From the NCBI GenBank assembly GCA_964016885.1, contig OZ024741.1, forward strand, positions 330,708,001 through 330,772,000: a DNA stretch of 64,000 nucleotides, given 5' to 3'. This document shows, one piece after another, positions 29,218 through 41,211 of the stretch. Under the pieces are notes generated by a model that made no database searches, was not told where the DNA came from, and saw only the letters and a list, made by a program, of their open reading frames with translations. A program made the translations under genes and the position numbers. Source of the stretch: Eledone cirrhosa (lineage: Eukaryota). How positions within the stretch are numbered: position 1 is the stretch's first letter; each line of letters starts with the position of its first letter.

Positions 29218-29380
29218 TCATCATCATCATCATCATCATTTTACGTCCGCTTTTTCCTTAGATAGATAGATATTATTTATTAAAATTAAATGAGAAAATT
29301 GGGCATTAGTGACTAATTAACTTTTAATTAATATATATATATTCAATTAATGTATATATATATATATATACATTATATTT

Positions 29381-30797
29381 TAGCACAACTAATTAGAGAA
29401 AGGGTCAAACTAGATGAGATGCAGTTTGGTTTTGTGCCTGGGAAGAGTACAACAGATGCCCTCTTCTTGGTGAGACAAATGCAAGAGAGGTTCTTAGAGA
29501 AGAATAAGCCACTATACTTAGCCTTTGTTGACCTAGAGAAGGCCTTTGATAGGGTACCCCGATCTGTCATCTGGTGGTCCCTAAGGAAGCTGGGTGTTGA
29601 GGAATGGCTTGTAAGGACAGTGCAAACTTTGTACAGAGGTACTCTCAGTAAAGTCAGGGTAGGAATGGAGTTTAGTGAGGAATTCCAGATACAAGTAGGA
29701 GTACATCAGGGTTCGGTCCTCAGCCCGCTCTTGTTCATTATAGTCCTCCAAGCCATAACAGAGGAGTTTAAGACTGGCTGTCCATGGGAACTTCTCTATG
29801 CTGACGATCTGGCTCTTATGGCAGAATCAGTAGAGGAGCTAGAGAATAAATTCCGGCTATGGAAACAGCAGTTGGAAGCAAGAGGACTGAGAGTAAATCT
29901 AGCTAAGACAAAAGTGTTGATGAGTAGAAAAGAGGACAAAACCCTGATTCCGTCAGGGAAATGGCCATGTTCGATATGCAGAAAAGGAACTGGCATAAAT
30001 TCTATAAAATGCACACAATGTAGGTCCTGGGTACACAAGAGATGTAGCGGGATAGCAGGCAAACTAACAGGTAGGGAGAAATATGTATGCAGTAGATGTA
30101 CAGGGAAATTAGACAGTAGAAGTCGCACTGATAGACACATTTTTCAAATGCGAGAGGGCGCTATAGAAGTGGTGGATAGCTTCCGGTACCTAGGAGATCA
30201 GATTAGCATGGGAGGAGGGTGTTCCGAGGCCATAGTATCTAGAATAAGGACGGGTTGGAAGAAGTTTAGGGAGCTGCTTCCTCTGTTGACGAAGAAGGGT
30301 TTCTCCCTGCGTACGAAAGGCCGGTTGTATGATGCCTGTGTGAGGAGCGCGATGCTGCATGGTAGTGAGACATGGGCAGCTACCGCAGAAGATATGTGAC
30401 GGCTGGAGAGAAATGAGGCAAGCATGCTCCGTTGGATGTGCAGTGTAAATGTGCGTGAACGACCCAGCATAAATGTGTTGAGAGAGAAACTGTGTCTGAG
30501 AGGGATAGAATGTAGTGTACGGGAGAGGAGACTGAGGTGGTATGGACATGTGATGCGCATGGAGGATGACTGATGGGTGAAGAAGTGCCAGGAAATGCCA
30601 GTTGAAGGAAGACGTGGTAGAGGTAGACCACAAAAAACATGGGCGGAGGTGGTGAGAACAGACCTCAGATCATTGAAGCTCACGGTGGAGATGACGGGGG
30701 ACCGTGACGAGTGGAGAGATGCTGTGCTGAATAAGACCGGTCCCACCCTTGCAAGCAGGGAAAAGCGGACGTAAAATGATGATGATGATGATGATGA
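29381..30797 (+). mobile_element. RTE-clade LINE, 5'-truncated, relatively young (long RT ORF with premature stops)
   Basis: QFGFVPGKSTTDA, FVDLEKAFDRV, GVHQGSVLSP, LLYADD and an internal Cys-rich module; TGA stops; (GAT)n tail. Confidence 0.93.
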
Positions 30798-30808
30798 CAT
30801 TAATTGAA

Positions 30809-31187
30809 GGCACATGGCTTAGTGGTTAGAGCATTGGCCTTGCAATCTCAGACTGGGTGATGTGTTGTTTCCTTGAGCAAGACACTTTATTTCACATTGT
30901 TCCAGTTTACTCATCTGTAGAAATGAGATGATAGGGACTGGGGTCCCTATCATTTCACTGCAAAGTGGTCGTGGGGGTGCCACAGCAAAAAAGCACCTAG
31001 CCCACACTGTAAAGTGGTCGTGTAGGCGCTACGGAAAAAAAAGCACCCAGCACTCACTGTAAATGAGGTTGGTGTTAGGAAGGGCATCCAGCTGTAGAAA
31101 TCAAGCCAGAATCAGTTCCCGTCCCACCCTTGCAAGCAGGGTAAAGCGGATGTAAAATGACGATGATGATGATGATGATGATGATGA
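30809..31187 (+). mobile_element. Composite SINE (family B) with RTE-type 3' tail
   Basis: Same layout as 25066-25395. Confidence 0.8.
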
Positions 31188-31663
31188 TACAGTCCACGCT
31201 GTAATGTGGAAAAAGCTCCCAGTCCACACTGTAAATGTGGTTGGTGTTAGGAAGGGCACCCAGCCGTAGAAAACCTGCCAGATAATCCTATACGAGTGAG
31301 ACACTGTCACCCGACCAATCTTGCCTCAGATGGGACAACTCCCATCTAACCCATGCTAGCATGGAAGATAGACATTAAATGATGATGATGATGGTAATAA
31401 TACATATATATACACACGTCACAACAAAAAGCGCCCAGTTTACACTGTAAATGTGGTTGTTGTTAGGAAGGGCATCCAGCCGTAGAAACCAATCCAAAAT
31501 CAGTTCTGTTTGAGCAAGACACGGTCATCTGATCTGGCTATCTCACAACTCGTCTAACCTATGCTAGCATGGAAAAATGGATGGTAAACGATGATACATA
31601 CACATACATATATATATACACTCATGTATATCTTAAAGTCACAAGTTTATACATGTGTGTAAA

Positions 31664-32005
31664 GGCACGTGGCTTAGTGGTTAGAGCATTGGGCTTGCAA
31701 TTAGGAGGTTGTGAGTTCGATTCCATGACCAGGTGATGCGTTGTGTTCATGGGAAAGACACTTTATTTCATGTTGCTCCAGTTTACTCAGCTGTAGAAAT
31801 GAGTTATGTCACTGGGGCCAAGATATATATACCTTTACCTTTCCATTTGGGCAACATCAGTGGCATAGAGAGAGGAGACAGGTATGCATGGGCGACTGCT
31901 GGTCTTCCATAAAAACACCTTTCCCAGACTTATGCGTTAGAGGGGAACTTTCTAGGTTCAAATCCCATGGACACTCATGACCAAAGGGACTATTTACTCT
32001 TACCC
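31664..32005 (+). mobile_element. tRNA-derived SINE (family B head, different tail)
   Basis: GGCTTAGTGGTTAGAGC...GAGTTCGATTCC, GACACTTTATTTCA...CTCAGCTG. Confidence 0.7.
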
Positions 32006-32240
32006 TTTATATATATATGTCCTAAGGTTGTTAGAATTGAGAGGTAGTAGTGATTCGCCCAATAAGCTATACATACCCTACACACTTAGCAAACTAATAG
32101 GAAGGATCTGTTGAAGATAATTCACTAAGAGATGGTGGGGCATTATAACAACATGCTGCTTCGATCATCTCTGGGTAAAAAACAGAGACACTTTTTTCTC
32201 CTCTGTTTTTTCTTTGCTTTTTTCCTTAAAGCCTCTTGGA

Positions 32241-33450
32241 ATCATCATCATCATCATCGTTTAATGTCTATCTTCCACTCTAGCATGGGTTTAGATGGGA
32301 ATTGTCCCACTTGAGGCAAGATTGGTTGTCTTGCTCGTATAGGACTGTCTGGCAGGTTTTCTACAGCTGGATGCCCTTCCTAACACCAACAACGTTTACA
32401 GTGTGGACTGGAAGGTTTTTACCGTGTTACCTACACGGCCACATTACAGTGTGGACTGTGTGTATTTTTGTCGTGACACCTAGATGACCTCATTTATTTA
32501 AGACTGGATGTTGTGGTACCAACATAACTTTACAGAGAAAGGGGTGGTGTAGATGGGGGTGGGGGTAGTGGAATGGGGGTGTATTTTTGGTTAAGAGGTG
32601 CCTACTGACTGTAGGTTTCGCTTTGTACTTAGGCAGGCGGATCTTCTGTATTACTGCGTAGTGCCAAAGATCTCGGTCCAGTGACATTGTCTTGGAGAGG
32701 TGTAAGTGTGTAAGGTCGGAATTTATCAAATCGTCCCAGTTTTTTCTGGGTCTGCCTACTCTGTAACTTCCATCAATTTTGATCACCCTGCACTTTTTTA
32801 TACAGTTGTCGTCTTTCATGTTCATCACGTGACCATACCAACATAGTCTTTCGAGTAAACAGCATCTGATCCCTCTTATTCCTAATTTCTCACTTAGTTC
32901 ATTTATGCTTTGCCGTTCACGTATATTACTATTACACATCCAACGGAGCATGCAAGCTTCGTTCCTCTCCAGTCTGCGTAGATCCTCTGCACACAAGGCC
33001 CATGTCTCACTGCCATGTAACATTACTGTTCGTATGCAGGCATCATACAGTCTGCTTTTCGTTTTTAGAGAGAAACCTTTAGCGGCCAATAGTGGTATAA
33101 GCTCTCTGAACTTTTTCCATCCCATTCTGACTCTGGCTACTGTACTTTCAGAGCACCCTCCACCACTCCTGATTTTGTCATCTAGGTAACGGAAGGTGTC
33201 CACTATTTCTATAGAACCATCTGGGCAATGGAAGGAGCTAGTATCCTGTGGGCACGTGCTACTTATTGCACCTGAGTACCGGCCACATATAAAATCTATG
33301 TTCTTAGTTAGCTTACCTGTGATCCCACTACATCTTTTATGCATCCATACTTTGCATTTGGGACATAAAATGGAGTTTCTGCCTACTCCTTTCCTATATT
33401 CATTGTTAATTCTAACCTTGCTGACTGTGTTTTTATAGATGGCTTGTGTT
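32241..33450 (-). mobile_element. RTE-clade LINE 3' fragment
   Basis: 284-aa ORF HKRCSGI...LHGSETW...GRPRK; (CAT)n tail. Confidence 0.9.
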
Positions 33451-34063
33451 TACCATCATTCCGTTGGTATACATCTATTATGCAATATGCATCTGAAGAT
33501 GTCACTGGGTTCTTAAGCAACCTGGCCATGGAAATATGCAGTGTTTGCAGAAATAAATAATTAAGGAAATTCTACCTATTTGGCCTCCTGTCATTTTACT
33601 TTATAATACATTTGACTCCATTCCCGCACCACCAACATGATTCAACATCAAAGAAGGATGAGTTGCATAATGTTGAGTGCTTTTCTCACATTACCTCATG
33701 ATTAACATTGCAGAATGACCTATTGTACCCAGTTGTAACCCACCAAATTTAAACGTATATATGTGTGTGTGTGTGTGTGTGTTAAGGTGCAAGTTAATTG
33801 CATCCGTAGGCAGTATGACCACTTGATGCTCTTGGGGAGCAGAGTATCAATAGTATTAATATATAAAGGAACAAAGAATCAGTGTTGTTCTATATACATA
33901 TTTATTACATATTACATATCTTTCCCTGCCGATCAGCTCAAAGAACGATCTATTAATGATTGAACCTGACTCTTGAATCAGAATCTCCTCAGATATATTC
34001 TAATATGCAGGCTCGCCTCTGAGACTGTATGAAAATTTTCTGAAATCCTTCTTATAAATTACT

Positions 34064-34960
34064 ATGCATTTTATCTGGGACCATCTGCTTGATGCCTGCC
34101 TCAGCCAAGCCCCCTCTTCCTACCCGCTGGCCTACCTATCATATGGAGCCCCGAGCATGCTCCTTGCTGCCGATACGGTCATGCCTTCGGCCACTGGGGT
34201 CCAAGAGGGTGACCTTTTGGGCCCCCCTCCTGTTTGTCCTCGGTATAGACCACATTGCCCGGAGTATCACGGCCCCTCTCAACGTTTGGTATCTGGATGA
34301 TGCTACATTGGGCGGGTCCATAGAGACTGTTTGCCATGACCTACAATTGGTGGTTCCTGCCCTGGCAGGAATTGGCCTCCAGGTCAACTCGTCCAAGTTG
34401 GAGGTGGTGAATGTCAGCCATGATGCTGAGAGCTTTGCAGCTTCTATGTCGGACGTGCGGTCCATTCTCCACCAGGTACAGGTGAACCCCAAAGAGGATG
34501 TCCTCATCCTCGGGTCACCGATCCACCCACCGGTCATCCGCTCCACCATCAGGTCTAGGCTCCAACAACTCCAGACCCTCACGAGCCGACTGGGCTTGAT
34601 TGACAGCCACCCAGCTCTCTTCCTGTTGAGGAACTGCTTCGCCATACCAAATCTCCTCTATACCCTTCACAGTGCTCTGTACTACAGCCACATCTCTCCT
34701 CGCTGACCTCGATACTTGTATCTGAGCGGCAGCTGAGGAGATATGCAACATCAGGTTTGATGACATTGAATGGCAACAGGCCACTTTACTTATCAGATAT
34801 TATGGCCTTGGCCTCCGGTCTCCAATCTCGTTGGCTTTGCCAGCGTTTCTTTCATTGGTAACCTCATGCCGCACCCTCGTCAGCAGGGTTCTCCAAAACA
34901 CAATGGAACCCTCTGTGATCAGGGAACGTGAGGCCGCCTGTGAGACGTAGGACCAACAAC
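34064..34960 (+). mobile_element. CRE-clade-like non-LTR retrotransposon RT fragment
   Basis: SATGVQEGDLLGP/PLLF...VWYLDDATLGG...GLQVNSSK...LGSPI...LFLLRNCFAIPNLLYTL, with frameshifts. Confidence 0.8.
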
Positions 34961-35159
34961 CATATGATAACCTTTTGTCGTTTCTGAGAGTTAATCTTAT
35001 GTCAGAGCGTCGTATAAAATGCTGTGTAGTGTTTCTTTCTGAATTCAAAGCCCACCGTAAATAAAATAAAATAAAATAAAACGAAATGAAAATCGGCCGA
35101 GAAAACCTATAATGAAAGACATTCCTGTCGTGATCATACTGCCAAGTGCCTATAAAACT

Positions 35160-35850
35160 AGACGGTCGGACGCCATGCTTTGACGCATAGAGTTACGACC
35201 CTTGCCATTCTAAGTTCAAATCCCGCCGAGGTTAACTTTGCCTTTCATCCTTACGGGGTCGATAAAATAAAGTACCAGTAATGCACTGGGGTAATTTCTG
35301 GCCTTGTGCCTAACGTAGAAACAATTATCTAATATATAAGGGCGGTGGATTGGCAGTATCGGTCGAGCGTCTGACGCCATGCTTTGCAACAAAGAGTTAC
35401 GGCCCTTTATGGTCTGAGTTCAAATCCCGCCGAGGTTAACTTTGCCTTTCATCCTTACGGGGTCGATAAAATAAAGTACCAGTAATGTATTGAGTAATTG
35501 CTGACCTTGTGCCAAAAGTAGAAACAATTATCTAATATATTCTCTTTATTTGAAGACGATTGGCAGAGTCGTTAGAACGCTTTGCAGTATTCGTTTCGGC
35601 TCTCTGAATTCAAATCCTGCTGAGGTCAACTTTGCCTTTCGTTCATTCGAGGTCGATAAAAAAAAAGTACTAGTGAAGTACTGAGGTCGATTCTTCCTCT
35701 ATATCCCTTTCTCCCTCCCATTCTCTCTCTCTCTCTCCTTCTCTGGAAGAAATCTGCTGTACCTGGAGAGGATTGGGCTCCGCCAGGTTTTTAAAAAATG
35801 CCCTAGAAACGCAGCATGTTAATACGGCTCCCTCGGGAGTTTCGGGACTG
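35160..35850 (+). mobile_element. Cluster of three family A SINEs
   Basis: Repeated GTTCAAATCCCGCCGAGG...GGGGTCGATAAAATAAAGTACCAG. Confidence 0.85.
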
Positions 35851-36099
35851 TCCATTCAAGGTGTAGATTAAGGAAAATTTGGCTGGTGTTTTTAGCAGGT
35901 CGAATGACCAGGTAGATGCTTCAAAATACATATACTATAATAAGTTGCTATTTAGTCCTAAGTCAGCCTTGATAGAGGAGACATGGATCCTTAGACTATA
36001 TAGTCATGGTTAATTCACATTGTTTTCAGACTTAACGGATATTATCTAATGAAATGAAGGAATTTATTTGTTTCAAATATATTACAAATTGCTGACAAT

Positions 36100-36590
36100 T
36101 CTTTTAGAAATAAAATATAAACACATATAACAAATACAATCAACTATGACTATGAACCTCACAAAAACAACGCACCAAAATATATGACCAGAGCGAGAGA
36201 AAAAAGGGGAAACAAAAATAAAACGACCATCAATTCACCACCATGTGCGACAATCGGCCGCATATCACAAGGGTCAACGAAATATTTTGAGCCAAACCAA
36301 TACGCTTGCAGCATTACCACGGGTGATGGCGAGGCTAAGACGTTGAAACAACCAGGCACCCTCACAGGCATCACCTGACACCGGCCCAAATCCATCAAAA
36401 ATCTTGAACGCCATTGCCTGGAAAAAATATTTATTAGATAAATCCCAATGTTTCCAGATTTTATTCTTCAACGGAAGCAGTGACCCCCACATCTATGATG
36501 TGGGAGGGAGCAAAAGAGTCACTGACTGTGGTGTCCCAGATGAGACATTAAAATTTAATGAGGTGCCTCTGGGTGTGGTGAGTAATCTCT
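36100..36590 (-). mobile_element. CRE-like retrotransposon 3' end (restriction-like endonuclease region and 3'UTR)
   Basis: CLIWDTTVSDSFAPSH and GDACEGAWLFQRLSLAITRGNAASVL. Confidence 0.72.
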
Positions 36591-36629
36591 CAGAGGTTGA
36601 AGTCACAAGAGTAATTAAAAGCTCCACAA

Positions 36630-37675
36630 TGCCAGCAATTAACCAGTGTATTACTGGTACTTTATTTATCGACCCCATAAGGATGAAAGGCAAAGTTAAC
36701 CTCGGCGGGATTTGAATTCAGAATGGCAAGGGCCGTAACTCTATGCGTCAAAGCATGGCGTCCGACCCCCTACCGATACTGTCAATCCACCGCCCTTGAA
36801 TATAAATAATGTTGGGTTTGGGTTTAAATTGTCTTAATAATTGGTGGGTAAAATAAATAAATTTCTGTGTTAATTCTGTGTTGTTATTTTTAACGTTACC
36901 TGCCTTCATAATAATTGTTTCTACTTTTGGCACAAGGCCAGCAATTCACCAGTGTACATTACTGGTACTTTATTTTATTGACCCCGTAAAGATGAAAGGC
37001 AAAGTTAACCTCGGCGGGATTTGAACTCAGACCGTAAAGGGACGTAACTATGCTGGAAAGCATGGCGTCCGAGTCTCTACCAATACTGCCAATCCACCGC
37101 CCCTCATAATAATTGTTTCTACTTTTGGCACAAGGCCAGCAATTATCCCAGTTCTTTACTGGTACTTTATTTTATCGACCCCGTAAGGATGAAAGGCAAA
37201 GTAAACCTTGGTGGGATTGAACTCAGACAATAAAGGGGCATAACTCTATGCTGCAAAGCATGGCGTCGACCTTATACTGATACTGCCAATCCCCTCTCAT
37301 AATAATGCCTTCATAATAATTGTTTCTACTTTTGGAACAATGCCAGCAAATATCCAGTACATTACTGGTACTTTATTTTATCGATCCCGTAAGGATGAAA
37401 GGCAAAGTTAACCTCGGCGGGATTTGAACTCAGAATGATAAGGGCCGTAACTCTATGCGTCAAAGCATGGCGTCCGACCCTCTGGTTTAAGCACAAGACC
37501 AACATTTTAGGAGAGGGCAAAGCCAATTAAAACTATCCAATGCATTACTGGTACTTTATTTTATCAACCCCCATACGGATGAAAAGCAAAGCTAACCTCG
37601 GCGGGGTTTGAACTCAGACTGTAAAGAGCTGCAACTCTTTCCTGTAAAGCATGGTGTCTGACACTCTTACCGGCA
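36630..37675 (-). mobile_element. Head-to-tail run of about five family A SINEs
   Basis: TTTATCGACCCC..GGATGAAAGGCAAAG..GGATTTGAACTCAG at about 200-bp spacing. Confidence 0.85.
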
Positions 37676-37706
37676 AAATAGCTTAGGGGTCTATCTAACA
37701 TTATAT

Positions 37707-37970
37707 TGAGGTTAACTTTGCCTTTCATCTTTACGGGGTCGATAAAATAAAGTACCAGTAATGCACTGAGTAATTGCGGGCCTTGTACCAAAAGTAGAAA
37801 CAATTATATTATCAACATGCTTTGTGGCACAGAGTTACATCCCTTTACGGACTGAGTTCAAATCCCGCCGAGGTTAACTTTACCTTTCATCCTTACGGGG
37901 TCGATAAAATAAAGCACCAGTTATGCACTGGAGCAATTGCTGCTTTTGTGCCAAAAGTAGAAACAATTAT
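37707..37970 (+). mobile_element. Two truncated family A SINEs
   Basis: Core GGGGTCGATAAAATAAAG and tail GTAGAAACAATTAT, twice. Confidence 0.8.
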
Positions 37971-38443
37971 ATTATAATAATAATAATAATAATAATGAAA
38001 TTATTGCGTACAGTGCTCAGGTGCACTACAACTCATCAAAGGTGCATGTATAGTACATAAAATAATGTACAAATGTCAGGAAAATGAACAGTGTACGAGT
38101 CATGATATAATAACAATAACAATAATGAAATATTGTGTACAGTGCCCAGGTGCACCACAACTCATCAAAAAAGTGCATGTACAGTACATAGGGCAATGCA
38201 CAAACATCAGTAAAATGAAAAAATGAACAGTGCACGAGTCATGATACACACATGTGTGCATGTGCATGGAAGGGGTACATCAGGTGTAGTTTTGGCGTAT
38301 TTCGGGAAGCATGAGTGTCTTAAAGGATGCAGTGTCTCGGCAGCTAACAATTGATGCAGGCAGTTTGTTCCATGCTTCAGCAACTCTGAGCGTGAAAAAA
38401 TGTCTACGAAAGTCATGGGAGCTGTGCTGTTTTCTGATCTTAT
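37971..38443 (-). mobile_element. CR1/L2-group LINE 3' end with (TTA)n tail
   Basis: - strand RKQHSSHDFRRHFFTLRVAEAWNKLPASIV...SFK; duplicated 3'UTR segment. Confidence 0.7.
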
Positions 38444-38625
38444 GCTTTGCGGCACAGAGTTACGTCTCTTTACGGTCTGAGTTCAAATCCCGCCGAGGTT
38501 AACTTTGCCTTTTATCCTTACGGGGTCAATAAAATAAAGCACCAGTAACGTACTGGAGTCGATTTAATCGAGCCCCCCACCCCCCCAAAAAAATTACTGG
38601 CCTTGTGCCTATACTAGAAATGATT
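38444..38625 (+). mobile_element. Family A SINE
   Basis: B box and core present. Confidence 0.8.
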
Positions 38626-38943
38626 ATATTATCGAAGGGCAAAGATTTTTGATTAACAGTAAGAAAATGCCATATTAATGTATAAGAGAGCTAATTATGT
38701 AATAAATCTAAAAACCTTAGCCTTATATTTTATTCTCTAATTGTAAAACAGTAAATTCGGAGAGTATTCCACCACAGATGCAAATGTCCATAGAAATATT
38801 TTAACAGGGATATATGTGCTGCTAATACACCGGTTAATTTCACATGCTTTAACCTCTAGTAGTCTCTTTCTGGTATTCAACTTCGCACACAGGCGAAGAT
38901 CCCCCATTCTCATGCATTTAAGGATCACCAAGAGTCGAAAAAT

Positions 38944-39430
38944 ATGCTTTATGGATTGACAACATTTCAACTTTGGCGATATGTCCCCAGTCGTTCTTCA
39001 TCCTATGGAGTGAGGTCGTTTCATGAAGGGCAGAAATTATCGATGCACCTCAACTTTCCTGGGAATTTGACAACTCGAATGTTTAGAACGAATCTAAGTT
39101 TAACACGGAAAGCATTTATATTCGGTCCCGGTGGCATGACATCTCTACTATCAGGTTATTTACAGCGAAACAGTGTCACCTATTGTGGGGCACTTCGCCG
39201 CCACGTCTGTCAGTCTCAATACCAATTAAAACACTGGCCCCCTTTAATAAACACCCTTAGAACTTACTGCTCAGGTCGAAATTTAGTTCTTCGAGGTGGA
39301 CGTAATAGGTCTTGTTCTAAAACTATCGACAAGAATACATTTCAGATCAAACAATATGCTAAAGTACCCCATAGATCGGACTTAAGAAGACTGCTGGGGC
39401 TGGCTAAAGGAGAAAAATGGAAGATACTTG
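38944..39430 (+). CDS. ABCB10: ABCB10 mitochondrial ABC transporter, exon 1 (presequence)
   Basis: ATG 38944; R/S-rich, acid-poor N-terminus; ends DLRRLLGLAKGEKWKIL(G); donor G|GTAAGG; phase 1 fits exon 2. Start codon choice is inferred. Confidence 0.85.
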
Positions 39431-40186
39431 GTAAGGAAAACATTTTATTAAATTTATACGTTAGTGAAGGTTTCTTTTTAGACATTCTGGCGTTACAGCA
39501 TTAAAACACTAAACCGCTACTGTATTCTTTCTTTGTGTATATTTCTAATTCGGGTCGAAATTACACTTTGTTTTTCGTTGCCGCGATGGTACTTGGTTAT
39601 TTCAGTAACTTAGCCTCGCTATCATCCGCGGCAGTGCTGCAAGTATGTTGGTTTGCCTGTAAAATTATTTGAGGGAAGCTCTAGTGCCCATTTTTATGGT
39701 CTGTTATTAGGTGTGCGGCCCTCTTTTTTTTTTTTTTTTTTATCTAGTACTGTGTATATCTGCATAGACTTATTTATTATATAAATTGTGTTGACCCGTT
39801 TATTGATGTGTTGTTATTTCTGTTTACCTTTTACACACACACACACATATATATATATATAAAGTTTAAACGATATATAACAAGATATATCAATTGAGAA
39901 ATTGCTAGTATTTTTTACGTATATACAGAACAAATAATATATAAATAAATATGCATACTTCAAGATGGTATAATGGCCTACAATTACCTAGACAGATCTG
40001 TTTCTAGAAACCAATAAAACGAAGCAAACCATCGATTTCAGTGATTAGTATAAATCGCCATTTATCTATTTTGGTAATAAGCATCCTAAGACCTGTTAAA
40101 TATCGTTTCAACTTGTTTGATGCTTTGTACTGAGAAAAATTATTGATATATATATTTTATATGCATTTATTAAACCTAAAATTAGT

Positions 40187-40231
<45 letters not shown>

Positions 40232-40278
40232 CAATTCCAACCCGCCCATCCCCTCAATCTATCTTATTTCTCATTCTT

Positions 40279-40314
40279 TCTTCTGATGAAGAACTAGCGT
40301 CCGAAACGTTAAGA
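40279..40314 (+). ncRNA. Minimal type I hammerhead-like motif (Penelope-type)
   Basis: TCTT-CTGATGA-AGAACTAGCGTCC-GAAA-CGTT-AAGA; palindromic AACGTT stem III; only a 4-bp stem I and an imperfect stem II. Confidence 0.55.
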
Positions 40315-40395
40315 CCCTCTTCCTGCTATATCAAGCGTTAACCTAATATATCCCTTCCATATACTGTACCGATTGTGTTGTTATTTCTATTTACC

Positions 40396-40436
<41 letters not shown>

Positions 40437-40734
40437 CATATATATAAACAATGTGTATGTGTGTGTGTGGAGCAATGAAAATAAAACCAAAGTCAATGAT
40501 AAGTTCTTAATTAGTTCATTGTTTTACGATCGTTTCAGAGGGTTGATTGGTGATGGTAGATCGATATATCAACCAGCTGGTAGTTGTTATTTCCCTAATT
40601 ATTCCTAGTCTCAAAATCCCTGATCTATTACAGTCTTCCTCAGAAACAATTAAATCATAATCTTTATTAATAATCTAGAATATATATATACACACACACA
40701 TTATATATACAGTATATATATATATATATATATA

Positions 40735-41167
40735 GTGGCTGCCAACTCGTTTTCGAGTACGGCCACTACTTTATATCCATGTAGGAGAACCCCTACCGAT
40801 GCGCTGAACAAGTGTGACTTTTTAGTCCAGCCAGCGACTTAAAAACTCTGGTACAAACACTACACTTGTGACAATTATTGACACATAGTGCTGGGCTCAT
40901 GGTACCATGTGACGACAAGTGCAGAGAGATCTCCAGATATAAAGCAATGCCTGTGCCGTGAAGCTTTTATAGTGAGCAACGGCACTGCACAAAGCCAGTC
41001 CCACTCTCTTAACCAAGATGATATTTACCAAAAAGAAGAACAAGTCAACATCATTGGATACCATCAGAGTTGCAGGTGTTATATCAGAGTTTTCCTTCTC
41101 CTAGAATTCTGCCTTGACAAAGGCTAAGGGGTCATCTCTCCCGGTGATTTTAGATGGCCATTGACTC
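40735..41167 (-). mobile_element. Non-autonomous RTE-derived element, truncated
   Basis: Matches 8812-9250; (TA)n on both sides. Confidence 0.78.
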
Positions 41168-41168
41168 C

Positions 41169-41211
<43 letters not shown>

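Noticed and set aside
29350-30399. 349-aa ORF as a functional or domesticated RT gene
   Set aside because: Starts in microsatellite, is 5'-truncated, ends at a premature TGA within a conserved region, and has many sibling copies.
35340-35440. tRNA genes at SINE heads (A/B boxes)
   Set aside because: No cloverleaf; each continues into a SINE core and tail and is multicopy.
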